A stretch of 64,000 bases of DNA from an uncultured delta proteobacterium (GTDB lineage: Bacteria > Desulfobacterota > Syntrophia > Syntrophales > UBA5619). The stretch is from positions 1 to 64,000 of the forward strand of contig CAWFOM010000007.1 of NCBI GenBank assembly GCA_963817385.1. Direction: 5' to 3'. A program made the position numbers and the translations under genes. The notes under the pieces were generated by a model that did not search any database, was not told where the DNA came from, and saw only the letters and a program-made list of their open reading frames with translations. Of this stretch, positions 41,990 through 52,478 are shown one piece after another. The stretch's first letter is position 1; the number at the start of each line of letters is the position of its first letter.

Positions 41990-42763
41990 CTAAGCCTTTA
42001 ACGCCTTAAGCGCCTCCCGGCCCTTTTCGATGATCAGGTTCGTTTCATAGGAGTAGGTGATCATCCGCATCCCCTGGCCGATCCAGTAGCGGAGATCATC
42101 GATGCCGGGGATGTGGTTTCCGGAGGCCTTTCCGTTCTTCCGGCAGGCGTCCACCACCTTCTGGACGGCCGCCCTCATCTCGGGATTTTGCCCCTGACCG
42201 GGGTAACCCATGTCGAGGGAGAGGTCCTGCGTACCCATCATGGCCACGTCGATCCCGTCAACGGCGGTGATCGCCTCGACGTTGCCGATCGCCTCGCGGC
42301 TCTCTATCTGGGCAATCAGCAGGGTTTCATCGTTGACGGCCCGGAAATAATCGGCCGCCGCCTTGAATTCCTGGCGCTCTTTCTGACGAAAAACGGGAAT
42401 CGCGGCGCCGCGCCTCCCTTCGGGTGGATACTTCCCGAAACTGACGAGCTGCCTTGCTTCCTCCGCCGTATCGAGATGGGGCACCCAGATCCCCTCCGCG
42501 CCCATGTCCAGAGTCTTCGCGACATAGGCGTAGTCGAGGCGGGGGATCCTCACGACGCTCGTGATCTCGATCTTGCGCGCGAACTGCAGGAGGTGGGTAA
42601 GATCGGACATGTCGTAGAAGGCGTGTTCCATGTCGACGACGAAATAATCGAAGCCGGCAATCTCCAGGATCTCGGCGATATTGATGTTGCGCGCCTCCTT
42701 GATCATGATGCCGAAGACCGGCTCATTGTTCTTCAGTTTTTTCTTGATCTTGTTGATTCTCAT
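41990..42763 (-). CDS. HpcH/HpaI aldolase family protein
   Basis: VDMEH, LDMGAEGIWVP, KYPPEGRRG, QIES, GTQDLS; start taken at MRINKIK. Confidence 0.88.
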   Translation of the reverse strand: MRINKIKKKLKNNEPVFGIMIKEARNINIAEILEIAGFDYFVVDMEHAFYDMSDLTHLLQFARKIEITSVVRIPRLDYAYVAKTLDMGAEGIWVPHLDTAEEARQLVSFGKYPPEGRRGAAIPVFRQKERQEFKAAADYFRAVNDETLLIAQIESREAIGNVEAITAVDGIDVAMMGTQDLSLDMGYPGQGQNPEMRAAVQKVVDACRKNGKASGNHIPGIDDLRYWIGQGMRMITYSYETNLIIEKGREALKALKA

Positions 42764-42804
42764 ATACTCTCTCCTCTCTCTTATATTTATTACAAAAAGA
42801 TGCC

Positions 42805-43920
42805 TCAGGAGATGGCGCGCGCGATGGCATCGCCCATCTCTTCGGTCGTCGCCTTTCCCCCCACGTCCGTCGTGAGGACCTTGCCCGTTCCGAGCACCTT
42901 TGCGGTGGCGGCCTCGATCATCCGGGCCGCTCGGGCGAGACGTTTTTCTCCGTGCTCGGAGGCGAGCCAGCGGAGCATCATGGCGCCGGAGAGGATCGTG
43001 GCAATCGGATTGGCGATATTTTTTCCCGCAATCGTAGGGGCCGTACCGTGGGCCGGTTCGAACATCGCCCTGCCGATCCCGATATTGGCGGACGGAGCGA
43101 AGCCGAGGCCGCCGACGAGCCCGGCGCCCAGATCCGACAGGACATCCCCGTGCTGGTTTTCCGCAACGATCACGTCGAACCACTCCGGCTGCTGGAGGAA
43201 GTGAAGGGCCATCGCGTCGACAAACCGGTAATCCCGGTCGATCTTGGGATAGCGTTTGGCGACTTCATTGTAGATCTTTCGGGAGAAGGCCCAGCTGATC
43301 AGCACGTTGCTCTTGTCGACACAGGTGACCCGACGGCGGCCGTCAGCGGGCGCCCCCGCACCGCTCATGGCCAGATCGAAGGCGAAGCGCATGATCCGTT
43401 CGGTTCCCATCCGGGTGACGATGATGGTGTTGACCGCCACGTCGTCGTGGAGGACCGTGCCGCTGTCCCGGGTGGCATAGATCCCCTCGGTGTTTTCCCG
43501 GACGATCGTGAAGCGGATGCTTTCGGCCTTGCGGTTCTTCAACGGCGAGATGCGGCTGTTGAACAAGGTTATCGGGCGGACGCCGGCAAAGAGGTTCATG
43601 GATCTCCGGATATCCCAGGCGAGTGAGATTCCGGTTCCATTCGGCTGCAGGACCTCCGGGAGACCCGTGGCGCCAAAAAAGATCGCATCCGCCTCCCAGC
43701 AGGCCTTCCAGCTCTCCTCCGGAAAGGCGATCCCCGTGTCCCGGTAATGCCCCGCTCCCCCTTTGAGCTCCTCAAACTCCAAATGCGGTTTCCCCGTCAG
43801 CGTGAGGGCTCTCTGAAGGACTTTGACCCCTTCCCGGACCACTTCTGGTCCGACGCCATCTCCGGGAAGCACGGCGATCCGGTATCCTTTTTTCTTCGGT
43901 TTGCTCTTGACCTGCCGCAT
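42805..43920 (-). CDS. Isocitrate/isopropylmalate/tartrate dehydrogenase family protein
   Basis: LPGDGVGPEV, VRENTEG, DKSNVL, GDVLSD, FEPAHGTAP. Confidence 0.9.
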   Translation of the reverse strand: MRQVKSKPKKKGYRIAVLPGDGVGPEVVREGVKVLQRALTLTGKPHLEFEELKGGAGHYRDTGIAFPEESWKACWEADAIFFGATGLPEVLQPNGTGISLAWDIRRSMNLFAGVRPITLFNSRISPLKNRKAESIRFTIVRENTEGIYATRDSGTVLHDDVAVNTIIVTRMGTERIMRFAFDLAMSGAGAPADGRRRVTCVDKSNVLISWAFSRKIYNEVAKRYPKIDRDYRFVDAMALHFLQQPEWFDVIVAENQHGDVLSDLGAGLVGGLGFAPSANIGIGRAMFEPAHGTAPTIAGKNIANPIATILSGAMMLRWLASEHGEKRLARAARMIEAATAKVLGTGKVLTTDVGGKATTEEMGDAIARAIS

Positions 43921-44201
43921 CGGTATCCTCCTTGATATTGTTTTCTTGTGGCTGATGATTCTTCACCTCCGGTCCTCGCAGGCACGGCGATCGACAGCTT
44001 GTTACCTGCGGAGATCCTATATCTCCCCTGCCTTCGCGTGTCAATGATAAATCGATTATATGAGCATATAACGCAATTATCAGCAGGGAGCATTTGGGCA
44101 GTCCATGCGAGATGTTTCCGGCTTTCCCGGGGATGAATCCCCGGAGATCCGACCGTTGGGTTCCTTTCTTTAAGAATAATCAAGCAAGATGGAGCATCTC
44201 G

Positions 44202-45107
44202 TTACGATTTCCGTGCACGGCTCTCCGTCTTCGTTATCCTGGCCTGATCAATGTGGTCGTGCAGGAGAGCAGCCGCGGTAGCCTGCTTTCCCCGCTCCAG
44301 CATCGTGATAATCTCCAGGTGTTCGCGATAGGCATTCAGGCGGGATTCGTCTATCTGAACGCTGTACTCGATCAAACGGCGGAGTCGGTTGATATGCTGA
44401 ATAGCATCGAGAAAGAAACGATTGCCCGAGCAGGAAACGATCTGTTCATGAAAACTGGCGCCGGTTTCGAACAGCCGGAAGGGCATCCTGCTGTTGACGG
44501 GACCGGCAAGAAGGGATTCCTGTTCTTTGCGGAGCCGGGCAAACACCACCGGATCAAGCCGGTAGGTCGGCTCCAGAAGAGCGGCCGGTTCGATGAGCAT
44601 GCGGAATCGGTAACTCTGCTCCATGGCCTCGACGGTGTCGAGGATAGGCGGGAAATTCCAGCCGTGGCCGGGCCGCCGCTCAACCCACCCCTCTTGGGAC
44701 ATGCGCACCAGGATCTTCATGAGCTTGATGCGGCTGATCCCATAGCGGGACATCAACTCCGCCTCCGAGACATGGCCGTGGAGCTTACTCCGGATTCGGT
44801 CTTCGGCCATCCGATAATACGTTTCCTCTTCGGTGGAAACCGGGACGGCGATATTCAGATTCCGGATCTCCATGGCAGGGAGGGCGAGAAAGAAACCCCG
44901 GCGGGGATGAAACACGACGTTCCCTTCCCGTTCCAGGATCATGAGCGCTTCGCGCACGGGCGATCGGGAGACATGAAAAAGATCCGCCAACTTCTGCTCC
45001 ACCAGGTGAGCCCCCATCGGCATGATCTGATCACGCATGTGTTCGACGATCCTGATGGCGAGCTGCGATATGAGGGGTTTGACCGCGGTTCTCTGTTGCT
45101 TTTTCAT
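44202..45107 (-). CDS. GntR family regulator with two HTH-like segments
   Basis: LADLFHVSRSPVREAL and LMSRYGISR, followed by an FCD domain. Confidence 0.8.
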   Translation of the reverse strand: MKKQQRTAVKPLISQLAIRIVEHMRDQIMPMGAHLVEQKLADLFHVSRSPVREALMILEREGNVVFHPRRGFFLALPAMEIRNLNIAVPVSTEEETYYRMAEDRIRSKLHGHVSEAELMSRYGISRIKLMKILVRMSQEGWVERRPGHGWNFPPILDTVEAMEQSYRFRMLIEPAALLEPTYRLDPVVFARLRKEQESLLAGPVNSRMPFRLFETGASFHEQIVSCSGNRFFLDAIQHINRLRRLIEYSVQIDESRLNAYREHLEIITMLERGKQATAAALLHDHIDQARITKTESRARKS

Positions 45108-45383
45108 AACCTGATCATATAAAACATCCGTGATAAAAGTACAAGGATACTTTGCAGGCGGGTAAGGTTTTCCATTCGTCAACCTCTATGAGTGATGTTA
45201 TTCCCCCGATAATTATGATATGAGAAAACCCGTTATGTTATTTGAGGGCCGGGGCCGCCGGATACACGGTTGAAATAATGCGGCATCGCAGGGAAACCAG
45301 GCGGTAAAGCAGAGAAGAAATCAACTCAATCATTTTTTCCAGCGACTCCGCATGAAAGCGGGTCTTTACAGGAGGGGTTTGAA

Positions 45384-46607
45384 ATGGTTAAACAATTTTT
45401 ATGTAGGGCGGATGCACGGAAATGTTCATTGTCGCAGCATGAGCTCGAGCGGCGGTGGAAGGGGTTGCGCGAGCGGATGGCCGCACAAAGAATCGACTAC
45501 CTGGTGGTCCAGAGCCAGAACCGGGGCGTCGGCGGATACTTCCGCTGGTTCACCGATTTGCCGGGCGGGAATTACCCCAACGCCGCGGTCTTCCCGCTGG
45601 AGGGCGACATGGCGATCATCTCGCACGGCCCGGCATCGCCGGCGCCGCCGGCCAACCCGCCCGACTGGGCGCTTCGCGGCGGAAAGGTGAAGTTCAACAC
45701 GCCGGCCTTTCCCAACGTGTGGTGGGAAGACGCCTGGGATGCGGATAAGGCGGTGGAATTCATGCTCCGGAAGAAGCCCCGGAAGGTCGGGCTCGTGGGG
45801 CTGGGGAATATGTCCGCGGCGCTCTACGAAAACGTGAAGAAGGGTCTCAAGGGGGTCGAGGTCGTCAACGCCACCGATCTGGTCGATGAACTCAGGATGG
45901 TCAAGAGCGAGGAGGAGCTCTTACTTCACCGGGAAGCCGCCTACATGCACGAGATGAGCTATGAGGTGGCCAAGGAGGCGATCGAGCCGGGAAGAACCAT
46001 CGAGGAGGTCATGCAGGAGATCCGGTTCGCACAGATGGAGGCGGGGAGCGAAGAACAGCAGGTGGCCATCGCATTCGGCCGGCCGGGAGAACCCCACCAC
46101 CCGGGGCAGATGAGCTGGGGCAACACCTTCATCCGGCGGAAACTTCGGGAGGGCGACATCGTCAACCTCCTGGTGGAATCGAGCATGGCAGGCGGCTACT
46201 GGTACGATCTGCGGCGCTTCCTCTCTATCGGTCCCGTTCCGGCGGCCTACCGGGAGGCGTGGGAGATCGCCAAGGAGGCGCGGGCCATCATGACGGAAAA
46301 CTGCAAGCCCGGATTGCTGCCGGGGGTGGCCGTGAAGGCCTGCGACAAATTTCTCAAAAGCAAGGGATGTCCTCCGGAAGTCCGGGTATCGGGGCATGGA
46401 CAAGGGTTGGATCTCGTGGAAAGGCCCGTTTTCCTGAAAGATGAGGTCTGCAAGCTCGAGGTCGGAATGGTCGTCTGCCTCCATCCCACGGCCAAAACGA
46501 AGCACGCCGCGGTATGCCTCTCGGATACCTACGTTGTCACCGAATCAGGGGCGGTTCCCCTGTACAAAAACCTGTTCGATGACGACGAAATCGCGGTGGT
46601 CGGTTAA
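45384..46607 (+). CDS. M24 (creatinase/Xaa-Pro peptidase-like) hydrolase
   Basis: LRMVKSEEE, GYWYDLRR, GHGQGL, LHP, SDTYVVT. Confidence 0.8.
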   Translation: MVKQFLCRADARKCSLSQHELERRWKGLRERMAAQRIDYLVVQSQNRGVGGYFRWFTDLPGGNYPNAAVFPLEGDMAIISHGPASPAPPANPPDWALRGGKVKFNTPAFPNVWWEDAWDADKAVEFMLRKKPRKVGLVGLGNMSAALYENVKKGLKGVEVVNATDLVDELRMVKSEEELLLHREAAYMHEMSYEVAKEAIEPGRTIEEVMQEIRFAQMEAGSEEQQVAIAFGRPGEPHHPGQMSWGNTFIRRKLREGDIVNLLVESSMAGGYWYDLRRFLSIGPVPAAYREAWEIAKEARAIMTENCKPGLLPGVAVKACDKFLKSKGCPPEVRVSGHGQGLDLVERPVFLKDEVCKLEVGMVVCLHPTAKTKHAAVCLSDTYVVTESGAVPLYKNLFDDDEIAVVG

Positions 46608-46662
46608 CCGTTACTATCTTGATGCGATACTCGATTTACTTCCGGTTCGTCCGGGAGGGGGG

Positions 46663-47637
46663 ATGATGAAAATCGCTGTGGCGCACGGATTCGGGCTTGC
46701 CGAGGAAGCCCTGGCCGTGATGAAGGAAGTAGCTCAGGTCACGTTTCCCCGGGACGACTCGGATGCGGCGCTCTTGGCCGAAGTCCGGGATGCGAATACT
46801 CTCCTGGTAAGTATCAGGCCCGCCATAAGCAGGAGCCTCATCGAGTCGGCCGGCCGATTGAGGCACATCGCCCGATTGGGCGTGGGGGTAGACAGCGTCG
46901 ACCTGCAGGCGGCGACGGAGCGCGGAATCTTCGTCACCAACGTCCCCGATGTAACGGTGGATTCCGTAGCCGAGTTTACCATGACGCTGTTGTTGTCGCT
47001 GGCCAAAAACATCGTCCGCTGCGACCGGGCGGTCAAAGAGAACCGGTGGGTTGAGAGGCTCGATCTGATTCATGAAAATATCGAGCTGTGCGGTAAGACG
47101 CATGGGATCGTCGGTTTGGGGCGGATCGGCAGCAGGGTGGCTGTCCGGTGCAGGGCGTTTGGCATGAGGGTTCTTTACTACAAGCGAAATCGAGACCCGG
47201 CACTCGAACAATCCGCAGGGGTGGAGTACGCGCCCTTTGAGACCTTGCTCCGGGAATCCGACAGTATCAGCCTGCACCTCCCTCTGACGAAGGAGACAAC
47301 GAACCTGATTGATGAATCGCGGTTCGAATCGATGAAGCGAACGGCCCTCCTGATCAACCAGGCCAGGGGCAAGGTGGTGAATGAAGAAGCCCTTGTCAGG
47401 GCGCTTAGGGAAGGGAGAATCGGAGGCTATGCTACCGATGTGTACGCGCACGAACCTCCGGACCCGAAGAGCGAGCTCTTCGGGTTTAGGAACGTGGTCG
47501 CTACACCCCACCTGGGCGGGGGAACCCGCGAAGCCCGCCTCCGGGCCAACATGGCGGTCGCCGAGGACGTGCTCAGGGTCATCCGCGGTGAAATACCGAA
47601 GAACCTGGTGAACCGTGAGGTTCTGGAGAGAAGATAA
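46663..47637 (+). CDS. D-isomer-specific 2-hydroxyacid dehydrogenase
   Basis: GVGVDSVD, GLGRIG, LINQARG, DVYAHEP, TPHLGG. Confidence 0.92.
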   Translation: MMKIAVAHGFGLAEEALAVMKEVAQVTFPRDDSDAALLAEVRDANTLLVSIRPAISRSLIESAGRLRHIARLGVGVDSVDLQAATERGIFVTNVPDVTVDSVAEFTMTLLLSLAKNIVRCDRAVKENRWVERLDLIHENIELCGKTHGIVGLGRIGSRVAVRCRAFGMRVLYYKRNRDPALEQSAGVEYAPFETLLRESDSISLHLPLTKETTNLIDESRFESMKRTALLINQARGKVVNEEALVRALREGRIGGYATDVYAHEPPDPKSELFGFRNVVATPHLGGGTREARLRANMAVAEDVLRVIRGEIPKNLVNREVLERR

Positions 47638-47713
47638 GGATCAATCTCGATGAGATGGAAAAAGCATCCCGATTCCGGGCAGGTGATGCCCGTCTTTTGA
47701 AAGGAGATTTGCC

Positions 47714-48781
47714 ATGAAGGGAAACGTCACGAGCGGACGGGGGGCGGTGCTAAACGGATTCGGCCATCAGGGAACGTGCCTTCACCGCAACATGGCGGCA
47801 CGGGGGGTGGTGAGGATGGTCTGTGCGATGGCTGTCACGATTCTTCTGATGGTTGGCGCGACGGTTGCGCCGGTCTGCGCGCAGACGTATCCAAACAGGC
47901 CGGTGCGCTTCGTCCTGCCGTTTCCGCCGGGCGGGCCGACCGATATTCTCGGGCGCATCATCGGACAGAAACTTGCCGAGAGGCTGGGTCAGCCGGTGGT
48001 GCCTGAAAACCGTCCCGGCGCCGGCGGCAACATAGGTCTTGAAATAGGGGCGAAGGCGAAACCGGACGGATACACCATCGTTCTGGCTTCACCGTCGCTC
48101 TCGATCAGCCCGACCCTCTACAAGAAGCTCAACTATGATTCGGTCAAGGATTTTGCGCCGATCTCCCTGGTTGCGGAGATTCCCAACGTGCTGCTCGTCC
48201 CTCCCTCGCTTCCGGTCAAAAGCCTTAAGGAACTGATCGAATACGCGAAAGCCAACCCGGGCAAACTCAACTTCGGTTCAGGCGGCATCGGCACGTCGAA
48301 CCATCTCGCCAGCGAACTCTTCAAGACCCTCGCAAAAGTCAGTATCATGCATGTGCCGTATAAGGGGTCGAACCAGGCGATGATCGCCATGATGGGGGGC
48401 GAGGTCGGCATGGTGGTGATCGGTCTCCCGTCGTCGCAGGCACAGATCCAGGCCGGCAAGGTGCGGGCGCTTGCGGTGCTGAGCGAGCAGCGTCTGCCGT
48501 CGCTTCCTGACGTGCCGACGGCGAGGGAGGCCGGTATGAACAACTTCGAGGTGACCACCTGGTACGGCATCCTCGCACCCGCCGGAACCCCCCGCGACAT
48601 CGTAACCCGCCTGAACGCTGAGTGGGGCAATATCACGGCGATGCCCGACACCAAAGAGAAGATGCGGAGCGCCGGATTCGAGCCAATGTCAGGCACACCT
48701 GAACAGTTCGGAGAATTCATCAAAACGGAGATCGTGCGCTGGGGAAAAGTCATCAGGGACGCCAACTTGAATATCGAATAG
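47714..48781 (+). CDS. TctC/Bug family substrate-binding protein (orphan; true start may be downstream)
   Basis: YPNRPVRFVLPFPPGGPTD, ENRPGAGG, HVPYKGS. Confidence 0.9.
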   Translation: MKGNVTSGRGAVLNGFGHQGTCLHRNMAARGVVRMVCAMAVTILLMVGATVAPVCAQTYPNRPVRFVLPFPPGGPTDILGRIIGQKLAERLGQPVVPENRPGAGGNIGLEIGAKAKPDGYTIVLASPSLSISPTLYKKLNYDSVKDFAPISLVAEIPNVLLVPPSLPVKSLKELIEYAKANPGKLNFGSGGIGTSNHLASELFKTLAKVSIMHVPYKGSNQAMIAMMGGEVGMVVIGLPSSQAQIQAGKVRALAVLSEQRLPSLPDVPTAREAGMNNFEVTTWYGILAPAGTPRDIVTRLNAEWGNITAMPDTKEKMRSAGFEPMSGTPEQFGEFIKTEIVRWGKVIRDANLNIE

Positions 48782-48852
48782 GGGCATCTGAATGAGCAAC
48801 GTTCCGAACGCGCCAACCGCAATTCGTTGAATGAACATCGGAGGTAGTTATC

Positions 48853-50538
48853 GTGAGTGAAAAAAGGACAGGAGCACGTTTTTTAGCCGAGACTTTCAAA
48901 GGATATGGAGTAACCCATGTCTTTTTTGTCGAGGCGATTCTGAGAAAAACCCTTGTAGAATTGGAAGATTTAGGTATCCGGCGGGTACTGACCCATTCCG
49001 AAAAGGCCGCCGCCTACATGGCGGACGGCTACGCCCGGGTGACAAAAAGACCGGGGATCTGCATGGCGCAGTCTGTCGGGGCGGCCAACCTGGCCTCGGG
49101 ACTCCAGGATCCCTACCTGGGTTCATCGCCTGTCATCGCACTAACCGGGAAGAAACCCCCTCTTTGGCAGAACCGCAATTCCTACCAGGAAATTGATCAC
49201 ATGCCGCTCTTCGCGGCGGTGACCAAATACAATGTCACTGTCGATACCGCGGATCAGCTTCCCTACTATGTCCGACAGGCGTTCCGTGAAGCAACGTCGG
49301 GTTGTCCCCGGCCGGTGCACCTGGATATCTCCGGGGGCTACACCGGAGGGGGGGTTGAATCCTCCGAGGGGAATTACCCGGTGATCATCGAAGAGAAGTT
49401 CACCCATTTTCCCGCCTTCCGGCCGGAACCGGAAGCGGACGCCGTCCGGAAAGCCGTCGAACTCCTGCAGAAGGCGGAGCGCCCCGTGATCGTCGCCGGA
49501 GGGGGGGCGCGCTCTTCGGGGGCCGGACCGGAAATCGTTGAGATTGCCGAGCGGCTTTCCCTCCCCGTAGCCACATCGCTCGACGGCAAGGATGTCATCA
49601 TCGATGCCCATCCGCTGAATGTGGGGATCGTCGGCTCCTACTCGCGATGGTGCGCCAACCGCGTCGTCTCCGAAGCGGATCTCGTCCTCTACGTCGGGAG
49701 CCATACGGGAGACCAGGTGTCCAATGACTGGACGGTTCCACGGATCGGCACATCCGTCATTCAGATCGACATCGATCCGTCCGAGTTGGGAAGGAGTTAT
49801 TCCAACAGCGTATCCCTCCTGGGGGACGCCAAGATCACCCTTCGGCGGATGATCGGGCTCATCAAGGAAAAACGCAGCAACCAGAAATGGACCGAGCGCG
49901 CACAAGAGCTGCTGCTCGAATGGCGCAAAGAGGTGGAACCCCAGTGCCGGTCGGCGGCCAAACCGATTCGAACGGAAAGGCTGTGCCGGGAGATCGGTGA
50001 TGCGTTTCCCGCCGACGGGATACTGGTGTCCGACACCGGTTTCGCCGGAATCTGGACGGGCGCCATGGTTAACTTCAACGATCCCGGCCAGAGTTATATC
50101 CGGGCAGCCGGTTCTCTCGGCTGGGCATTTCCGGCTGCGATTGGCGCCAAATGCGGGGCTCCCGACAGACCGGTGGTCTGTTTCATCGGTGACGGCGGGT
50201 TCTATTACCACTTGACCGAGCTTGAGACCGCCAGCCGCTGCGGAATCAATGTGGTGACCGTAATCAACAACAACCAATTCCTGAGACAGTGCGTCGATGG
50301 GATCAACCAGGCCTACGGCGACAGGCCGGGAAACCGCGACGAGCAGTGCAAATTTTCTAAAACCGACTTCGCAAAGATCGCCGAGGATATGGGTTGCGTC
50401 GGGATCAGGGTGGAAAATCCCGAGGATATCGCCGGGGCTTTCAAAAAGGCCTTGTCTCTGAACAAGCCGGTGGTGGTGGATGTGGTCACCGATCCCGCAT
50501 GCAGGGCCCCGGGCCCCTGGACGCCGCCCGTCAAATAA
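48853..50538 (+). CDS. ThDP-dependent acetolactate-synthase-like enzyme
   Basis: HSEKAAAYMADGYAR, GSLGW, GDGGF...NN. Confidence 0.88.
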   Translation: MSEKRTGARFLAETFKGYGVTHVFFVEAILRKTLVELEDLGIRRVLTHSEKAAAYMADGYARVTKRPGICMAQSVGAANLASGLQDPYLGSSPVIALTGKKPPLWQNRNSYQEIDHMPLFAAVTKYNVTVDTADQLPYYVRQAFREATSGCPRPVHLDISGGYTGGGVESSEGNYPVIIEEKFTHFPAFRPEPEADAVRKAVELLQKAERPVIVAGGGARSSGAGPEIVEIAERLSLPVATSLDGKDVIIDAHPLNVGIVGSYSRWCANRVVSEADLVLYVGSHTGDQVSNDWTVPRIGTSVIQIDIDPSELGRSYSNSVSLLGDAKITLRRMIGLIKEKRSNQKWTERAQELLLEWRKEVEPQCRSAAKPIRTERLCREIGDAFPADGILVSDTGFAGIWTGAMVNFNDPGQSYIRAAGSLGWAFPAAIGAKCGAPDRPVVCFIGDGGFYYHLTELETASRCGINVVTVINNNQFLRQCVDGINQAYGDRPGNRDEQCKFSKTDFAKIAEDMGCVGIRVENPEDIAGAFKKALSLNKPVVVDVVTDPACRAPGPWTPPVK

Positions 50539-50667
50539 CGACAGCCGAGAAATGAGGAATCCAGAACGATATGCGGCGCTTTGTTTTTATCCTTCGTGCA
50601 CAAATCGTACAAATCAGGGATAGCATGAACGATCCGATAAAGAGAGAAAGGAGGATTTTCAGGAGTG

Positions 50668-51114
50668 ATGAAAACGAGAAGAGTGGTTACCGGTCACAAT
50701 AAGGACGGGCGAAGTGTGGTCAAATGGGATTCCGAACTGGAAAGCAAGCCGGGCAGGGAACGCTTTGAAAAAGTCGACTTATGGGCGACGGACAGTCTGC
50801 CGGCACACCTGACCGAAGACGATCCAACCCAATGGAATCTGGGGACCAGCCTGGCGAATGGATCCGTATTCCGCCTCTGCCGCTATGAACCGGGAGTTGC
50901 CGAGCGCTGGCATCGAACCGACTCGCTCGATTACGCCATTGTCCTTTCCGGAGAGCTGTGGATGCAGCTCGATGAGGGAGAGGTCCATTTGAAGGCCGGC
51001 GACATCGTTATCCAAAGGGGAACCATCCATAACTGGGTCAATCGGGGGACTCAGCCGTGTGTGATGGCTTTTATTTTAATCGCAACGGAAGGGGGCGCGT
51101 CGACGGGTTGGTAA
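50668..51114 (+). CDS. Cupin domain protein
   Basis: RRVVTGH, HRTDSLDY, QRGTIHNW. Confidence 0.85.
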   Translation: MKTRRVVTGHNKDGRSVVKWDSELESKPGRERFEKVDLWATDSLPAHLTEDDPTQWNLGTSLANGSVFRLCRYEPGVAERWHRTDSLDYAIVLSGELWMQLDEGEVHLKAGDIVIQRGTIHNWVNRGTQPCVMAFILIATEGGASTGW

Positions 51115-51221
51115 CAAGATCTTTGCATCCGCTTCAAGCCGACTTCGACCGATCATCTTGAAGCATTATTCCGCCAGCCGGATAAAAAATATCAGGCGGT
51201 CTTTCAGCAAGGAGACAGAGA

Positions 51222-52343
51222 GTGAAAATACAGGATGTGGCATCATTTCCAGTCAGTTGCCGATTGAGCAGGCCTTTTGCGAATAGTGCCGAGAGCCATC
51301 AGAGCCGATCCACCACCCTGGTCAAAATCACCACGGATGAAGGCGTCACCGGATGGGGTGAAGCGTATGGTCCGCCCTTGGGTATCAGCCGGTTCATCCA
51401 AACCTATCTGAAACCGAGGTTGATCGGCCAGGACCCGTTTCGTCTTGAGTATCTCTGGTTCAAGCTGCAAACTCACAAAGGGATTCCCAAAGGGGCTATG
51501 GGCGGTATCGACCTGGCGTTGTGGGATGTGAAAGCCCGGGCTTTGAACGTACCGGTCTATGAATTGTTGGGTGGCAGGAATACCCCGGTGATTACGCCGT
51601 ATGCGACCGGTTTCTTCTTGAACGAGGATGACCCGGACTCAACAAAATATCTGGAGGCGGAGGTAGAGGAAGTACAAAGCAGAAAATTCCGCGCCCTGAA
51701 AATGAAAATAGGTTTCGGAAAGGACCGCGATATAAAGCGAATGAAACGGGTTCGCGAACTTGTGTCCGATGAGATCGATATGATGGTGGATGCCAATCAG
51801 GCCTACGATTTTATGACCTGCATGGAACTCGTTCCCACGTTGACGGATTTGAAAATCCGGTGGCTGGAAGAGCCCATGCCCTGGCAAAGCTTCGATGGGT
51901 ATAAAGAGCTTCGGAAAAAGGTCTCTTTTGCCATTGCGGGTGGAGAAGCAGAGTCCGATTACCGGGGATTTGTCGAGGCGATCCGGGAACATGTCGTGGA
52001 TGTCATCCAGCCTGATCTGGCCGCTTCCGGGGGACTTACGAATTCCCGCCGCGTGGCCATCCTGGCCGAAGCCTTTCAGGTTGATTTCCAGCCTCACGTG
52101 TTTGGGACAATCCTGGCACTCCCCGCAGCTGTGCAACTGATGGCCTCAGTAACGAATAACCAACCCTGGATGCTCTTTCCGCGTCCGGTATTGCTGGAAT
52201 GGGACACAACCCCCAATCCGATGGCGACGGATTTACTGAAAAACCCCCTGCGGTTGACGGAAGGGCTGCTCCCGGTCCCCGAGGGGATCGGCATCGGGGT
52301 AGAGGTAAACGAAGAAGCGATAAAAAATTATCTGATAGAATAA
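51222..52343 (+). CDS. Mandelate racemase/muconate lactonizing (enolase superfamily) enzyme
   Basis: GWGE, DLALWD, KMKIG, MVDAN, WLEEP, GE, QPD, PH. Confidence 0.9.
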   Translation: MKIQDVASFPVSCRLSRPFANSAESHQSRSTTLVKITTDEGVTGWGEAYGPPLGISRFIQTYLKPRLIGQDPFRLEYLWFKLQTHKGIPKGAMGGIDLALWDVKARALNVPVYELLGGRNTPVITPYATGFFLNEDDPDSTKYLEAEVEEVQSRKFRALKMKIGFGKDRDIKRMKRVRELVSDEIDMMVDANQAYDFMTCMELVPTLTDLKIRWLEEPMPWQSFDGYKELRKKVSFAIAGGEAESDYRGFVEAIREHVVDVIQPDLAASGGLTNSRRVAILAEAFQVDFQPHVFGTILALPAAVQLMASVTNNQPWMLFPRPVLLEWDTTPNPMATDLLKNPLRLTEGLLPVPEGIGIGVEVNEEAIKNYLIE

Positions 52344-52478
52344 TCGTCAACCAAATATACACCGGGATGCCCTTCCGCCGATTAGGCCCGACAACTTTGC
52401 TTGGCATGACGCCGGTCACTCTCGACTGGGCGCCCAAGGTCGCGTTTCCGTTTTTCTTATACCGCCGGGAGAATATCA

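Noticed and set aside
48853..50538. Glyoxylate carboligase (gcl) call
   Set aside because: Retains the catalytic Glu (HSE) that Gcl replaces with Val; left as a generic ThDP enzyme
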